Of a DNA stretch of 64,000 bases, positions 62,246 to 64,000 are shown one piece after another (within the stretch, counting starts at the first letter, position 1; the number at the start of each line of letters is the position of its first letter). The notes under the pieces are model-generated. The model was not told the origin of the DNA. It made no database searches and was given only the letters and a program-made list of their open reading frames with translations. Both the position numbers and the translations under genes were made by a program. This stretch comes from Bacteroidia bacterium (lineage in GTDB: Bacteria > Bacteroidota > Bacteroidia > M30B66). The stretch lies in NCBI GenBank assembly GCA_965279035.1, contig OZ257142.1, forward strand, positions 1,376,001-1,440,000. The letters run 5' to 3'.

Positions 62246-64000
62246 TTATTCAAGAATATTCAGCTTAAATACGGCTTGTTTTGATGTATCTGAAACCTGA
62301 ATAAAATAAATTCCACTTGAGAGTTTCTGCGTGCTTAAATAATATAAGCCTTTGTTGGTAGGCGACAATTTTTCGCTTCGAACCAATTGTCCACTCATCG
62401 AGTACATATTCATTGTGAGTATTCCATCAGAATTCAGCACGTTGAAATTCACATTTTCTCCTGATAACACAGGATTGGGATATACTGTTGAGATGGATAA
62501 AGAGTGTATGATCGATTCTATTCCAACGCTGCTTGTATCCAGCAGTATGGCGAAATAATTTGTATCAGTCCGGATTATCTGAATATTCCCATGAATGTCT
62601 TTGGCTTGATCAATCGAAACGGAAATGTTCTCTATATCGATACTCTGAAATGCCAAATTAAACCAAGCATAATAGGTTTGTGAATTTAACCAATATGATT
62701 GTGCTGCATCAAAAGTAAGTAGCGTTTGCGCTTCAACATGATTAGGGAAACTGAATACCGGAGCAATTGTCTCATCCATTGGTTCAGAATAAACGGCAAC
62801 AAACGATAGCGCATTTGGACCAACATCTTCTGGAATTAAAGTATACGAGTTAGCAGCTAATGCTGCTACTCCCGGTTGGCGAGTATCGACATAAACCTCA
62901 TTCACCGAAGTGGAACCAAATTGATAATTCCCTGCAGCATCGCGAGCGAATGAATAGGCAAACTGGATATTTCCTGGAATGCCAACATTTCCAATTACAT
63001 CGAATTGAGCACTAAAGGTTGTATCATTTATCCATTGACTTTGTGTTTGGTTGTAAACCAAGGCTTGAGCAACATTCGCAGGAGAAACCACAATCGAAGG
63101 AGGCAATGACATATTCATTGGTTCGTCATACGTCATCAAAATGGTAAAAGTAGCATCACCTTGAAGATCAATATTTACCAATGAATTACTTACTACATCA
63201 GCAATTAAATGGGGGTTTTGTGTGTCGATCGAGAATAAATTTTGACGGAAATAAAATTTCTGCTCATTTCCAGCTAAATCTTTTGCGCCAGATATTCTAA
63301 TACCAATATTGTAAATCGTTGTGTCTACATCCGAAACTAGGAAAAGAACATCGCAGGTTCTACTATCTTCCCAAATTACAAATGGATTACTTAACGATTG
63401 TGATGCTGAACTATCAAGGAAACTAATCACAGGTTGAGAAAGAGGATCCATGTCCTCATTAAACGTAAAAGTGAACGTCACCAAATCTTCCGCTTGCTGA
63501 TCCGAAATAACAGAATGATTGATGCTCACATTCATCACATTGGGTAGTCCCGCGTTGATTAATTCATTCGCATGATTAAACGCATTTGGTCCGAGAAACA
63601 TTCCCATATGTCGACCGGGTAAATCGTCCTGTGGTGGATGAATTCCTCCATAAATACGCGATAAACTGCATTGGTCAGAAGCATCTTGATAAGTAGCCCA
63701 TTGAATAGTAATGTCCTCGCTTGGTCCTTCTTCAAAAACGAGATATTGATTTTGTGTCGTATGAAATTCACACATTCCACCAGGGAAAAAATTATCTCCA
63801 GTCATGATAGTCATAACCTCTGCAGCAGTTCGAGAAAAAGTGGAATGTCCTGAAACAAACCCTGCAAAAGGTGGAGTTACAAAACTGGAACGTTGATATG
63901 GCCACCAGTTTTCTGATAATATCCAACCGGCACCAGCCATATCAACTAAAGGATCTGGAATGTATGAATGTCCTCTCCAAGTGTACAATTTGATTTTATA
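62246..64000 (-). CDS. Vanadium-haloperoxidase/PAP2-like domain + Ig-like repeats + T9SS sorting domain (5' end beyond the window)
   Basis: PPFAGFVSGHSTFSR, SRIYGGIHPPQDD; about three repeats containing E.M...W...D..GN; VYPNP...SGIYFI. The frame is open to position 64000. Confidence 0.8.
   Translation of the reverse strand, partial: YKIKLYTWRGHSYIPDPLVDMAGAGWILSENWWPYQRSSFVTPPFAGFVSGHSTFSRTAAEVMTIMTGDNFFPGGMCEFHTTQNQYLVFEEGPSEDITIQWATYQDASDQCSLSRIYGGIHPPQDDLPGRHMGMFLGPNAFNHANELINAGLPNVMNVSINHSVISDQQAEDLVTFTFTFNEDMDPLSQPVISFLDSSASQSLSNPFVIWEDSRTCDVLFLVSDVDTTIYNIGIRISGAKDLAGNEQKFYFRQNLFSIDTQNPHLIADVVSNSLVNIDLQGDATFTILMTYDEPMNMSLPPSIVVSPANVAQALVYNQTQSQWINDTTFSAQFDVIGNVGIPGNIQFAYSFARDAAGNYQFGSTSVNEVYVDTRQPGVAALAANSYTLIPEDVGPNALSFVAVYSEPMDETIAPVFSFPNHVEAQTLLTFDAAQSYWLNSQTYYAWFNLAFQSIDIENISVSIDQAKDIHGNIQIIRTDTNYFAILLDTSSVGIESIIHSLSISTVYPNPVLSGENVNFNVLNSDGILTMNMYSMSGQLVRSEKLSPTNKGLYYLSTQKLSSGIYFIQVSDTSKQAVFKLNILE

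Overview
A 64-kb, gene-dense chromosomal segment from a member of the Bacteroidota. The assignment rests on TAnnTTTG promoters, type IX secretion (T9SS) components and cargo, GSIII, PafA and many signal peptides cleaved before Gln. Core genes: rsmF-like, thrS-infC-rpmI-rplT, GSIII, purM-prfA-pyrF, apaG, tex, an ABC-F ATPase, lhgO, rarA, an LpxL-like acyltransferase, proline dehydrogenase, aroB-aroA and a cold-shock gene. Envelope and secreted genes: two TonB-C proteins, a TPR/MORN-repeat + DUF3857/transglutaminase operon, a PorE-like OmpA protein, the T9SS plug, S8 and M61 peptidases, three TPR paralogs and four T9SS cargo proteins, one of them haloperoxidase-like. I found no rRNA, tRNA, CRISPR array, integrase or transposase. 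The most notable observations are: (1) an AT-rich coupled operon pairing a catalytically intact and a catalytically degenerate transglutaminase-like protein with a very large TPR-MORN protein; (2) a transaldolase-like/CBS fusion whose Schiff-base Lys is replaced by Arg; (3) a haemolysin-III/PAQR membrane protein fused to a HicB-like domain; (4) an exported protein with about 810 Pro/Gly-free Ala/Glu/Lys residues; (5) an ATA start with a Shine-Dalgarno for infC and a candidate L20 leader hairpin; and (6) several candidate cis-elements. All family calls come from motif recognition by eye, not from database searches.
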